43,449 nt of DNA. It comes from an uncultured virus (IMG/VR IMGVR_UViG_2576861739_000001). Lineage: Duplodnaviria; Heunggongvirae; Uroviricota; Caudoviricetes. The stretch is taken from IMG/VR virus record IMGVR_UViG_2576861739_000001; one strand, written 5' to 3'. Below, piece by piece: positions 1 through 8,623 of the stretch. The position numbers were made by a program, and so were the translations under genes. A model generated the notes under the pieces. The model had not been told where the DNA came from and did no database searches. It was given only the letters and a program-made list of their open reading frames with translations. The stretch's first letter is position 1; each line of letters starts with the position of its first letter.

Positions 1-570
1 TCAGGCCAGCAGAAAGGGCTGGCCGGTGGAGTTGGTGAGCACACCTTGCGGGGTCAGCACGGCGTTGGGGGGTATGGGTGTGCCATCTGCCAACGTGGGC
101 ATCTGTGGTGGTGGCGTGGCGGCACTTTGCGCGCTGATGTAAAGCTGCACATTTACCGTAACGCTGCGCCCCTGCACGGTATGCAGCACCATCTGCACCG
201 TCTGCACCGTATCTGGCGGGCCGCTGCCCAAAAACACGCAGGCCATGCCTTGAATAACTGTAACCCACAGCACGGCCAGGTCTGTATTCTGCCCGGTGGC
301 TGTGGGCACGCTAGCCTCCACCTTGGCAAGTGTATCCCCCGTGCTCTGCAACCATGCAGCGGGGGTAAGCGTATAATCCAGCGCATCTGCACTGCTGCGC
401 GCGGGCCATGCCTGCACCACCTGCTCCGCCAATTGGCCCCGCAGGCACAAACCCGGTGCAATCATAACTGGCAGCACGCGTGCGCTGGCAGGCTGCCACC
501 CAGGCGCTAGCACCGCACCCTGCGGTAAAAGGGTGCAGGATGTATCTGCAATATTACAAGAACATGTCAT
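1..570 (-). CDS. Putative phage fibre-tail adaptor protein
   Basis: Directly downstream of the tail fibre; DALDYTLTPAAWL..GD motif and beta-rich core resemble fibre adaptor proteins; TGA stop at 1-3. Confidence 0.55.
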   Translation of the reverse strand: MTCSCNIADTSCTLLPQGAVLAPGWQPASARVLPVMIAPGLCLRGQLAEQVVQAWPARSSADALDYTLTPAAWLQSTGDTLAKVEASVPTATGQNTDLAVLWVTVIQGMACVFLGSGPPDTVQTVQMVLHTVQGRSVTVNVQLYISAQSAATPPPQMPTLADGTPIPPNAVLTPQGVLTNSTGQPFLLA

Positions 571-576
571 GGTTTT

Positions 577-1674
577 TTACCTTGGCCCAATGGCGGTAAC
601 CCATACCGTTATGGGGGTGGAAACCGCGCCATCATGGTCATCCACCACGTAGCGCACACCCACAGCGCCAATGCCTGTGGCGGTGGGGGCCTGTTCTGGC
701 ATGGCCAGTGTCATGCGTTGTTCATACTGCATGCACTGCAACTGCACGGATGTGGGCACCCCCGCAAAAGCCTGCGGAAAGGTAATGGCATCTCCATCCT
801 GAATATTTACGGAAAAGGACTGAATGCGCTGCCCGTATGGCAGGTTGATAACCCGCCCATCCTGCGTGGCAAAATCGGCCTGATACGTGCCCTGCCCCAC
901 ATAGCTGCCCGCGGGCTGAAACACCCCGTTGGCCCAACCCTGCGTGGCCACCACCGCACCATCTGGCATATGGATGGTGCCATCTTGGCGGAACTGCCAT
1001 TCATGCCACCCGCCTGCGGCATCTGTTAACTGCACGCTGGCAAAAGCATATTGCTCAAACGCATCGCGCAGGCAGAACAGCGCCTTCATGGTGGCGCTAT
1101 ACCCCAGACGAGAAATAAACTGCGGCCCCCACGGCGTATCGCCCGCCTGCGGTGCACCATTGCTGCCGCTGCCGCCCCATGTGCCCGTGCTATCATAATA
1201 GCCATTGCTAATTTTGCCGCCTGTGAGCGGAAAAAAGCTTTGCGCGGCCTGGGCGGATGTCAGCAACCCGTTAAACAGGTTTGTCCACGCTGCCCCCTGC
1301 GCGCCGGGGGTGGAAAGGTTGTTATCCTGCCCGGAAACCCAGAACGTGCCCGCAACGCTGCCCGCCACCACGGCCCCGGCGGGGTAACCGCCAATGACTG
1401 CGGCAAAGCTGGCATCAAACGGGCCCACATAGCCTGTTTGCAAAACCTGTATGGCGGCAGAAAGTGTTTTTAAAAACCCGTTCATATCCGCCCCGCGCGG
1501 GGGCACACCACCGGCGGCGCGTTCTGTAAAGGTTTCTGGCGGAAAGCCCAGCGCCATGCTGGCCGAGCCATCGCCCACCGTGCTTTGCGCTGCGGGAATA
1601 TCCGCACAGTTGGCCGCTGTGGCAGAGGCCGCAATAGGCGTTGTAAACCGCCCGGAAATATCTGCTTGTTTCAT
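577..1674 (-). CDS. Tail fibre protein (baseplate-anchoring N-terminus, gp53-like C-terminal domain)
   Basis: N-terminal ASMALGFPPET..AGGVPPRGADMNG..IGGYPAGA is typical of fibres that follow DUF2612; C-terminal ITFPQAF...VWVTAIG; start set at ATG 1674 (MKQADI). Confidence 0.8.
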   Translation of the reverse strand: MKQADISGRFTTPIAASATAANCADIPAAQSTVGDGSASMALGFPPETFTERAAGGVPPRGADMNGFLKTLSAAIQVLQTGYVGPFDASFAAVIGGYPAGAVVAGSVAGTFWVSGQDNNLSTPGAQGAAWTNLFNGLLTSAQAAQSFFPLTGGKISNGYYDSTGTWGGSGSNGAPQAGDTPWGPQFISRLGYSATMKALFCLRDAFEQYAFASVQLTDAAGGWHEWQFRQDGTIHMPDGAVVATQGWANGVFQPAGSYVGQGTYQADFATQDGRVINLPYGQRIQSFSVNIQDGDAITFPQAFAGVPTSVQLQCMQYEQRMTLAMPEQAPTATGIGAVGVRYVVDDHDGAVSTPITVWVTAIGPR

Positions 1675-1681
1675 AAGTGTT

Positions 1682-2260
1682 TCAGCCCCTGATGCTGTAG
1701 GAAACCGCAACCCCGGCAGGGCGCGGCAGCACGCCGGCGTTTTCGATAATGGAAACCTGCACATCTGTTGGCACAAAGCCAAAGGCGTAGGTCATGCTCA
1801 TGTTGGCGTTATCTTCCACCCATGCATCGCCCTGCCCGGCAAACAGCGTGCGCAAAATGGCGTTGAGCGAAAGCACGGAACAATCCGTAATATTGGCCAG
1901 CGCCTTGGCATAAATAAGCTGCCGAAACCCAGAATCTGACAGGCTGCAATTTGCAAAATCACCCACCACAACACGGCCCGCATACCACGGGGCGGTGTTA
2001 AAGCCCTGCTCTGTTAAGTCGTTGGCCTCGGCAAAGCCTAAATACTGGCCCGATGCCATGCGCAACACGCGTGATACCCCAACAATGCGGCCCCATACAT
2101 CCAGCCCGTAACCCTGGGCTGTTTCTATATTCCATATGTTAGAAAACCAATTTTCTATACTTTGTGCAGGATCAAAACACTGGTTCCAGCCTTCCAGCAG
2201 CGCGTTCAGGCTGGGCGAGCATGCATATTGCGAAAGCACCGTTTGCCCCACATTCTGCAT
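1682..2260 (-). CDS. DUF2612 baseplate wedge protein
   Basis: TVLSQYACSP, WNIETAQGYGLDVWGRIVGVSR and LPRPAGV motifs; follows baseplate J; start ATG 2260 overlaps the upstream stop. Confidence 0.85.
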   Translation of the reverse strand: MQNVGQTVLSQYACSPSLNALLEGWNQCFDPAQSIENWFSNIWNIETAQGYGLDVWGRIVGVSRVLRMASGQYLGFAEANDLTEQGFNTAPWYAGRVVVGDFANCSLSDSGFRQLIYAKALANITDCSVLSLNAILRTLFAGQGDAWVEDNANMSMTYAFGFVPTDVQVSIIENAGVLPRPAGVAVSYSIRG

Positions 2261-3495
2261 CAGGCAAACTCCACGGTAATAGCGGCCAGTTCCAGCGTGA
2301 AAATCTGGTTGATATTGGCCTGCGCCGTAACATCCGTGGGGCTGGCCGCCGTGCCCACCCGAATATCCACCACCTGCGCCCAACGGCCCACCGCCGCCAC
2401 GCAGGCGTAAAACCGGCTGGCATACAGCGTGCCGCCAATGCCCACACGGGCCGCGCCATCCTGCCCCAAAAAGCACGCCAGAACGGCCTGTTGAATGGCA
2501 GATGTTGCCGTATCTGGCACCTCTGCGCCTGCTGCCAGTGTGAGCGCAACATAAAGCGGCGTGGGCTGCGAGCGCTCAAACGCCACTGTATAGCTGGGCG
2601 GCGTGGTATAGGTACCGGATGGATCTGTTACCGTTACACGGGTGCTGCCGGTATAGGCGCAACCGGGCGGCTTTTTGCGCAAAATGGCCAAGGCGACATC
2701 GGCATCCGCGCCACCATTTACGCACACATACAGGCTATAGGGCGCCAGTGTGACGCCTCCCTGCGTTTCTGCAACATTGCTGCTGTTATCTGCAACATAT
2801 GCATCTGTTACGCCATCCGCTGCCTGCACGGCGGCCAGAATGGCAGCCAATGGCCCTACGGAATTAACAGCTACAGCAGCCTGCCTGCGGGCTTCAAACG
2901 CCGTGCGGCCTTCTACCTCACGCCCTGTTACCCCCGCCACGGCGTTGCTCACGCCAGACCACCCGGCAACAGACTGGCACAGCCGCACGCTGCCCGCCGG
3001 GCAGGATACCTTCCCCACCGTGGTGCAGGAAAACGTGCCAGCACCTGTGCCTGTGGTATCCAGCGTAATGGCGGCATCTGCCGCATAGGTGTTGCCTGCG
3101 GCATCTGCCACCAAGGCCCCTTGCGGAATAACCGTGCCCTCCACCCCCGTGCACTGGCATGTTACCACCGTGGGCGTGGCGGGTTTGCGCTCCATAAAGT
3201 AAATGCGGCCAATGGCATCCTGCATCCGGCCAGAAGCACGCGCGGGGTCCACCCCGTTAAACACGGCCAGCATCTGATCATACGCATCGCCCAAAATGGC
3301 GGTGAGCGATGTCGCCAACTGCCCCTGTGGGGTGGATAAATCCGTATTGAGCGTATTGCCAAAAGCGGCGTTGATATCTGCCAGAACATCGGCCAGCATA
3401 TCTGCCTCCTGCGGCAGCACAAAGCCGGTATCATCCAGCGTGGGCGCGGGCACGGATGTGGTGCCCGCTGCAAATGAGGTTTCAGAAACTGGCAA
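2260..3495 (-). CDS. Baseplate J/gp47-family protein
   Basis: TPQGQLA, DPARASGRMQDAIGRIYFMER and GREVE..FEARR motifs; TTG start. Confidence 0.9.
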   Translation of the reverse strand: MPVSETSFAAGTTSVPAPTLDDTGFVLPQEADMLADVLADINAAFGNTLNTDLSTPQGQLATSLTAILGDAYDQMLAVFNGVDPARASGRMQDAIGRIYFMERKPATPTVVTCQCTGVEGTVIPQGALVADAAGNTYAADAAITLDTTGTGAGTFSCTTVGKVSCPAGSVRLCQSVAGWSGVSNAVAGVTGREVEGRTAFEARRQAAVAVNSVGPLAAILAAVQAADGVTDAYVADNSSNVAETQGGVTLAPYSLYVCVNGGADADVALAILRKKPPGCAYTGSTRVTVTDPSGTYTTPPSYTVAFERSQPTPLYVALTLAAGAEVPDTATSAIQQAVLACFLGQDGAARVGIGGTLYASRFYACVAAVGRWAQVVDIRVGTAASPTDVTAQANINQIFTLELAAITVEFA

Positions 3496-3835
3496 GGGTT
3501 GTGCTTCCGTTTTGCAATGTCAGATAAATCTGGCCGCTGAGTTTGCGGTCTGCCCCAAGGCTGGCCAGCACACAGGTGGCGCGCGCCACGTTGGGCACGG
3601 CAAGGGCCGCCTGCGCCACATCGGCCCGAAACAGCGCGGCAGACTGGTTGCGCCCCAAAACACCCGCCAGATAGGGCAGGCCAAGGGCCGTGTTATACCA
3701 GCACTCCCCCCGAAACACGCGCACCGCGCTGGAAACATCCTGCGCGGTGGCATAGGGCACATCCGCCACGGCAATATTGCCCTGTGCATCCACGGCCAGG
3801 TCCCACGTTGCGCGGTCCAGCAACAAGGTTTTCAT
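3482..3835 (-). CDS. Baseplate wedge / sheath initiator (gp25/gp46-like)
   Basis: 117 aa, WDLAVDAQGNIA..AQDV..FRGECWYNT.LGLPY; between spike and baseplate J. Confidence 0.75.
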   Translation of the reverse strand: MKTLLLDRATWDLAVDAQGNIAVADVPYATAQDVSSAVRVFRGECWYNTALGLPYLAGVLGRNQSAALFRADVAQAALAVPNVARATCVLASLGADRKLSGQIYLTLQNGSTTLASF

Positions 3836-3846
3836 ATGTGCTTCTC

Positions 3847-4536
3847 CTAACCCTGCGGGGTGCTGGTGCTGCCACTGCCGGGCATAACCCCGCCATGCAC
3901 ATGCGACGTGAGGGATACACCACCAGCCTGCACATCCTGCCCCACATTCAGGCTGCCGCTTATGCTGGCATCTCCTGAAATCCTGAGTGATTGTGCAGAT
4001 ATTTCCACAGTTCCGGGTGTATGTATCACCACCCCATCGGGCGTGAACTGAATATACTGGCTGGGGGCCGCGTTTAAAAAACCGCCTAGATACAGCGCAT
4101 CTGCCATATTGTTGTGGCGGAAACTGGCGGGGGGTGCGACGGCACGCGCAGTTTTAACGTTCAGGATATCCCGGTCCGCCATTACGGCCAGCCCGATATC
4201 CCCCACCGCCGGGTCCAGCACCACAGCGCTGCTGCCGCCCTGAAGCCGAAAATACGGCACGTTATACAAAACCCCATGCGGCGTGGTCTGGCCTGTGGCA
4301 TCCTGCTGGTGCACCATGGGCTGCACATCCACAAACCCCACGGGGGCCAAACCTGCGCCCCAAACCGCACACACCTTAACGGGTATGGCGGTGCGCACCT
4401 CCACCAACATGCGGCGCATAACGGCCACAAGTGCGTTGTAATCCGATGCCGCAGCCCCTGCCCTGTCAAACACCGCCTGCCCGGATGCAGGCATGTTGGG
4501 CGGAAAGCCGGATGCAAAACTGTTTTGATCTGTCAT
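3847..4536 (-). CDS. Baseplate central spike (Gp138/gp45-like, membrane puncturing)
   Basis: OB-fold-like VDVQP..VPY...DPAVGDIGL, beta-helix repeats and C-terminal SLTSHVHGGV (HxH metal tip); start set at ATG 4536. Confidence 0.85.
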   Translation of the reverse strand: MTDQNSFASGFPPNMPASGQAVFDRAGAAASDYNALVAVMRRMLVEVRTAIPVKVCAVWGAGLAPVGFVDVQPMVHQQDATGQTTPHGVLYNVPYFRLQGGSSAVVLDPAVGDIGLAVMADRDILNVKTARAVAPPASFRHNNMADALYLGGFLNAAPSQYIQFTPDGVVIHTPGTVEISAQSLRISGDASISGSLNVGQDVQAGGVSLTSHVHGGVMPGSGSTSTPQG

Positions 4537-5459
4537 GCGTTTTCTGCCCCCACAGCCTGCGCCACCACATGTGTAAACCACGGGCCATCTGGCATGTGTG
4601 CGCTTAAACTGTGCCGAAGCTGCAAAACCTGCCACAGCCCCACATCACCCCCGCCGGGCTGATACCGGCTTTGCAACGCCAGCACGCTGCCGTAGCTGAT
4701 GCGCGGGTTAAACAGCATGTTCAGCGCCACCCCACCGGCAGACCATGTGGGATACCCCACCAGCCCCGTGCTGGCCGAAACCGCAATGGCGGCAGATGTT
4801 TCCACCATTGCGTTGGCCCCACCCGTTCTGGCAGGCCATGCTGCCAAACGCCCCCGGCCCAATGCGGCCTGAAAAGGCTGTGTGTTCCAACACTGGCTGA
4901 TCTGCTGCCCCGCCGTGCCATGAAAATACGGATCATGCAGCATGGTGTTTAGCCCGTTATTTTCAAACGCCAACCCGGCCTGTGCGGCAATACGCGCCAA
5001 TACCTGCGCCAGTGGCACAGCCCCCCTAAACCCGGTAGGCGCGGCAGGCAGTGCGTTTGGCAGCACTGTAGAAAACGCCTGCACCACAAAGGCAACATCT
5101 GGTGCGGCGCTGTAATCTGCAAAAGCCAGCGTAACCCCACCTTGAAATACAAGTGCCTGCGCGCCGGATGCCCCATCTGGCACCATCAGCAGCACCTCGC
5201 TGGCACTCTGGCTGGTGGGGTCTGGCGCGCTCAGGCTCAGGCGGTTCATCAAATCCGGGGGCAGACCGGTTAGGCGTATCTGCGCGGTTTCTCCCGTTGG
5301 GTACGGGGCCTGCATGATCTCCGCCTGCACCTGCAAGCCAGAAAGGGTAACCGTATCCACCCCATCCGCCGTGCCAAACACGCCATTGAGCAGCCGGAAT
5401 GTCACCTGCACATCTCGGCTGGCCCAATCTGGCGTTTTTGTGGTTTGTAAGTCGATCAT
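4533..5459 (-). CDS. Baseplate hub protein
   Basis: Position before the spike; VSASTGLVGYP, LFNPRISYG and W.V..L.H.L motifs; start set at ATG 5459. Confidence 0.75.
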   Translation of the reverse strand: MIDLQTTKTPDWASRDVQVTFRLLNGVFGTADGVDTVTLSGLQVQAEIMQAPYPTGETAQIRLTGLPPDLMNRLSLSAPDPTSQSASEVLLMVPDGASGAQALVFQGGVTLAFADYSAAPDVAFVVQAFSTVLPNALPAAPTGFRGAVPLAQVLARIAAQAGLAFENNGLNTMLHDPYFHGTAGQQISQCWNTQPFQAALGRGRLAAWPARTGGANAMVETSAAIAVSASTGLVGYPTWSAGGVALNMLFNPRISYGSVLALQSRYQPGGGDVGLWQVLQLRHSLSAHMPDGPWFTHVVAQAVGAENA

Positions 5460-5776
5460 GCGGGCCAGCCTGTGCGCCACAGCAGCACATAGCGCGTGCC
5501 AATCCCGGTGCTTTGCGGGTCCTGCACACCTTGGGTATCCATAAATGCCAGATCACCCGGCAGGCCAGTTGCGGCAGTGCGCGCCAGCCATGTGCGATCC
5601 TGGCACAACACGCCAGAAAGCACGCGCCTGCCTGCACACCATATATCTGCATACAGGCCGGTGGCCCGCTGGCGCAGGGCTATCTGGAGTGTCTGTTCGG
5701 CCAGCGTGATCTTAAACATTTGTGCAGGCACAGCACTTATGGGCACCTGCACCAGTGTGGCACCTGTGCTGCTCAT
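5456..5776 (-). CDS. Small baseplate (plug-like) protein
   Basis: VPISAVPAQ.F.I.L..Q...LRQ..GLYADI..GDLAFMDTQG..DP...G.G.RY.L pattern; start set at ATG 5776. Confidence 0.7.
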   Translation of the reverse strand: MSSTGATLVQVPISAVPAQMFKITLAEQTLQIALRQRATGLYADIWCAGRRVLSGVLCQDRTWLARTAATGLPGDLAFMDTQGVQDPQSTGIGTRYVLLWRTGWPA

Positions 5777-6486
5777 GCAATTTCTCCGGCATCTGCGGTG
5801 CTGGTGGTGGCATAGGCCATGCCGCCGCACTGTATCTGCTGGCCCTGCGGCATGCGTGTGCTGGCAAACTGCGTGCTTCCGGTTATGCGCACTTCCTGCA
5901 AGGCAATTTCTACAACTGGCATGGTAATGCCCTGCCGGGCTTCCCGCATCCAGCGGTGGCCGATAATGTTCACGCTATCGTATTTCTTTTCCGGGGTTAT
6001 TACGGCATACAGGTTTGTATCGGCCTCCAATGCCTCCAGCGTGGCAAAAAAGCCTGCACGCACATATAGCGCGCCCGCCTGCCCGGCCCCGGCCAGAACA
6101 TCCAGTGCAAGACTGGTGGCGCTGGCATCTTCCATCCCGGCTTCAGACCCATCGCACACCATCATAATCCGATGTTGCCGAGACATGCGCACCTTGCTGT
6201 AAGATAAAAACGCACCATCCTCCAACGGGGCTTCTGCAATACGCCATGCACTTTGCATATCTGCAGAAAGCACATGGGCAGATGTTAAAACCCGCTGCCC
6301 GTCCTGCGTAAAAATACCCCACTGGCTGGCCGCCTGCGTAATTTGCAGATCATCCAGCAAACTGCCCACCGTAACAGAGGCCGAAGCCTGCACCCCGGCA
6401 GAAACAGATTGCCCCATAAGGGCAGGCACCCCCGCCGCCACGGGAATATTCCATACAGATGGCAGGCTAACTGGCAACATGGGCAT
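5773..6486 (-). CDS. Baseplate organisation / Dit-like protein
   Basis: QWGIF..G, IAEAPLEDGAFLSYSKV, VITPEKKYDSVNI and LQEVR motifs; follows the tape-measure slot. Confidence 0.7.
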   Translation of the reverse strand: MPMLPVSLPSVWNIPVAAGVPALMGQSVSAGVQASASVTVGSLLDDLQITQAASQWGIFTQDGQRVLTSAHVLSADMQSAWRIAEAPLEDGAFLSYSKVRMSRQHRIMMVCDGSEAGMEDASATSLALDVLAGAGQAGALYVRAGFFATLEALEADTNLYAVITPEKKYDSVNIIGHRWMREARQGITMPVVEIALQEVRITGSTQFASTRMPQGQQIQCGGMAYATTSTADAGEIA

Positions 6487-6521
6487 GAAACAGAACTCTT
6501 TACTGAACAGAAAACAGGTTT

Positions 6522-7520
6522 TTAAATGGAACCAAGCGTGGAAAGTGCTGCCAAAGTGGTGCTATCTCCCCCACCAAGCCCCTGCATGGCTGCGCGCGAT
6601 GGCATGGGTGCGGGGTGTGGAGCAGGTGTTGCAAACGCTCTGGCAGATGTTTGCGGTACATACGCAGCCGGTGCAGGCCGCGCCACGGCCACAACAGGCT
6701 GAACCGCCGCCCGCATAAACAAAGATGACGGCAAAAATGCCCCCACCATATTGCGCGCAACAGGCTGGACTTTGTCTGCCACAGCAACATGCTGAAAGGT
6801 GCGTAAGCCACCACGCCCAGCCTGTTGCGGAATACCCTGAAAACCCTGCCCTTGCACCAGAACGCTCTCTAAACCAGTTGTGCTTTCAAGGGGTTTTGTA
6901 TCACGCACCCTTCCCTGCCTGGGCACTGGCGTGGGGCGGGCAGATATAGGTGTGGTAACCAGAGCACCTTTCCCTTCGGCCAGTATGCGCGGCACAGACC
7001 TCCTGCCCCTTGAGGCACGTACGGGCAGCATAGAAAAGGGCCTGCGCGCCAGAAGATCCACCGTGTTTTTGGGTTTGTGTTGGCGGGCCTTTCCGGGTTG
7101 CGTAAACTGTAAAGCGCCTTCCGCCGCCTGCGCCGTGCTGGACACCAACACAATGCGCCGAGATACTGAAAGGCTATTTTGCAAAATACCTTTCTGCCTA
7201 TAAGGCACCGCCCTAATAGCCACCACGCCCGCCTTATGCCGCACGCCACCACCCGTTCTGGCTGCAAACACAGGTTGCACACTCCCCTGTAGAGCGTGCA
7301 CAACGGGCAACACGGGTGCTCTCATACCCAAAGGCGCATACCCCGCCCCCATGCTGTATTGGCGCAAAAGCTGCAATAATGCCAAAAGCCCCTTGTGCTT
7401 GGCCTTTTTTGTGTGTTTCTGGCTTTGCATAAAGCGTTCCAACACACGGCGCAGGCGTTCCAGCAGCGGCAGCGTTGCGCGCGCCTTGCTTTGGGGCAAT
7501 GTATTTACAGTTTGGGCCAT
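6522..7520 (-). CDS. Hypothetical basic protein in the tape-measure position
   Basis: 332 aa ORF filling the gap between the chaperone extension and the Dit-like gene; preceded by AGGA; no recognisable family motif. Confidence 0.5.
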   Translation of the reverse strand: MAQTVNTLPQSKARATLPLLERLRRVLERFMQSQKHTKKAKHKGLLALLQLLRQYSMGAGYAPLGMRAPVLPVVHALQGSVQPVFAARTGGGVRHKAGVVAIRAVPYRQKGILQNSLSVSRRIVLVSSTAQAAEGALQFTQPGKARQHKPKNTVDLLARRPFSMLPVRASRGRRSVPRILAEGKGALVTTPISARPTPVPRQGRVRDTKPLESTTGLESVLVQGQGFQGIPQQAGRGGLRTFQHVAVADKVQPVARNMVGAFLPSSLFMRAAVQPVVAVARPAPAAYVPQTSARAFATPAPHPAPMPSRAAMQGLGGGDSTTLAALSTLGSI

Positions 7521-7771
7521 GTTTGCGGGCTTTCCTGCGCGGGCGTGTGCGCCATGTTCCAGTTGCGCACAGAAAGTATTTCTAAAAGCGTGTAAAAATC
7601 TTCGCTGTCATAAACTGTTTTCAGTTCATGCAAACTTGCAAGGCCGGATGCCACAACCGCCGCCATGGCGGGTGAGATGTTTACGCAGTTTACAACGGGG
7701 CCTGTGCGGCCTCGTCCCCCAGCAAAGCCGCCACCAGGGGGAAAAGCTGGTGCGCGGCGGCCCGCAAAAAA
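7505..7771 (-). CDS. Tail assembly chaperone C-terminal extension, read in the -1 frame (absent from the ORF track)
   Basis: Manual translation from the T-TTT-TTG site at 7765-7771 gives an open frame ..NISPAMAAVVASGLASLHELKTVYDSEDFYTLLEILSVRNWN.. ending TAA at 7505-7507; an internal ATG at 7666 would give 53 aa. Confidence 0.75.
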   Translation of the reverse strand, partial: FFAGRRAPAFPPGGGFAGGRGRTGPVVNCVNISPAMAAVVASGLASLHELKTVYDSEDFYTLLEILSVRNWNMAHTPAQESPQTWPKL

Positions 7772-8145
7772 CCCACATGCAGCCTAAAGGCCTCGGCCCG
7801 CACCATGCCCAGGGTTTCGGGTTCTGCAAAATCGGCGGAAATAACAGCGCGTGTCACTTCTGTCCGGTGTGGGTCTGGCCGTATTTTCACGCACTGCATC
7901 AACCGCGCCAAAGCAGCGTCCAGATCAGCTTCTTCCATAAAGCCAAAAATTTCCAGCCCAAAGGCGGCAAGCCCGGCAAGGCCCGCCTCTGCCATATCTG
8001 CCCCCACACGTGCGCCACCACGTATGGCGGCCTGCAACACATGGCGCGCCCAACTATCTGCGGCAAAGGCATCCATGCGTGTCAGCACAAACACCTTGCC
8101 CTGATCTTCCCCCGGCAGGGGGTGCGTATAGTCCACGGTTTTCAT
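7690..8145 (-). CDS. Tail assembly chaperone
   Basis: 151 aa after the tube gene; GEDQGKVFVLTRMDA and LHVGFL motifs; slippery heptamer near the 3' end. Confidence 0.8.
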   Translation of the reverse strand: MKTVDYTHPLPGEDQGKVFVLTRMDAFAADSWARHVLQAAIRGGARVGADMAEAGLAGLAAFGLEIFGFMEEADLDAALARLMQCVKIRPDPHRTEVTRAVISADFAEPETLGMVRAEAFRLHVGFLRAAAHQLFPLVAALLGDEAAQAPL

Positions 8146-8183
8146 GCCTGCTCTTTCCTGTCATTTTCAAAAACACATCTGTT

Positions 8184-8621
8184 TTACAGGGCAGCAGGCA
8201 GCACGCGTTCCCACACAATTTCAAAACTGCGGGCTTCCAGCACGCGGCCTGCGCTGGGCATTGCGGCCACGGCCTGCAACAACCCGCGCACCATGGTGTA
8301 TTTACGCCCAATGGAGGGAAGCTGGATTTCCGCCCCCAGCCGATACAACCCGCGCTGTGCATCCTGTGCGGCGGCAATGGCCTCAAACACCAACCCACTT
8401 TCACTACTGGCGGCAAGGGAGATTGTCTGCCTCACGGGTGTAGGAATCCAGCCTGCGTTCAGGTAGCCATCAATGCTCATGGCGGTTTCTGCCAGTTCCC
8501 GCGCGGTGGTTTCAAAAGCGCGGTCGGCAGAATAGTTTTCCAGCGTAATGGGCGTGTTGTACAACCCCGGAACCGTAATGGTAAAAACCGAGTTGGCGGC
8601 TGTAATATCGTAATCAGACAT
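8184..8621 (-). CDS. Tail tube protein (putative)
   Basis: About 145 aa directly after the sheath; ITAANS..TITVPGLY..P..LENYSAD, MSIDG.L.AGW; start set at ATG 8621. Confidence 0.75.
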   Translation of the reverse strand: MSDYDITAANSVFTITVPGLYNTPITLENYSADRAFETTARELAETAMSIDGYLNAGWIPTPVRQTISLAASSESGLVFEAIAAAQDAQRGLYRLGAEIQLPSIGRKYTMVRGLLQAVAAMPSAGRVLEARSFEIVWERVLPAAL

Positions 8622-8623
8622 GC

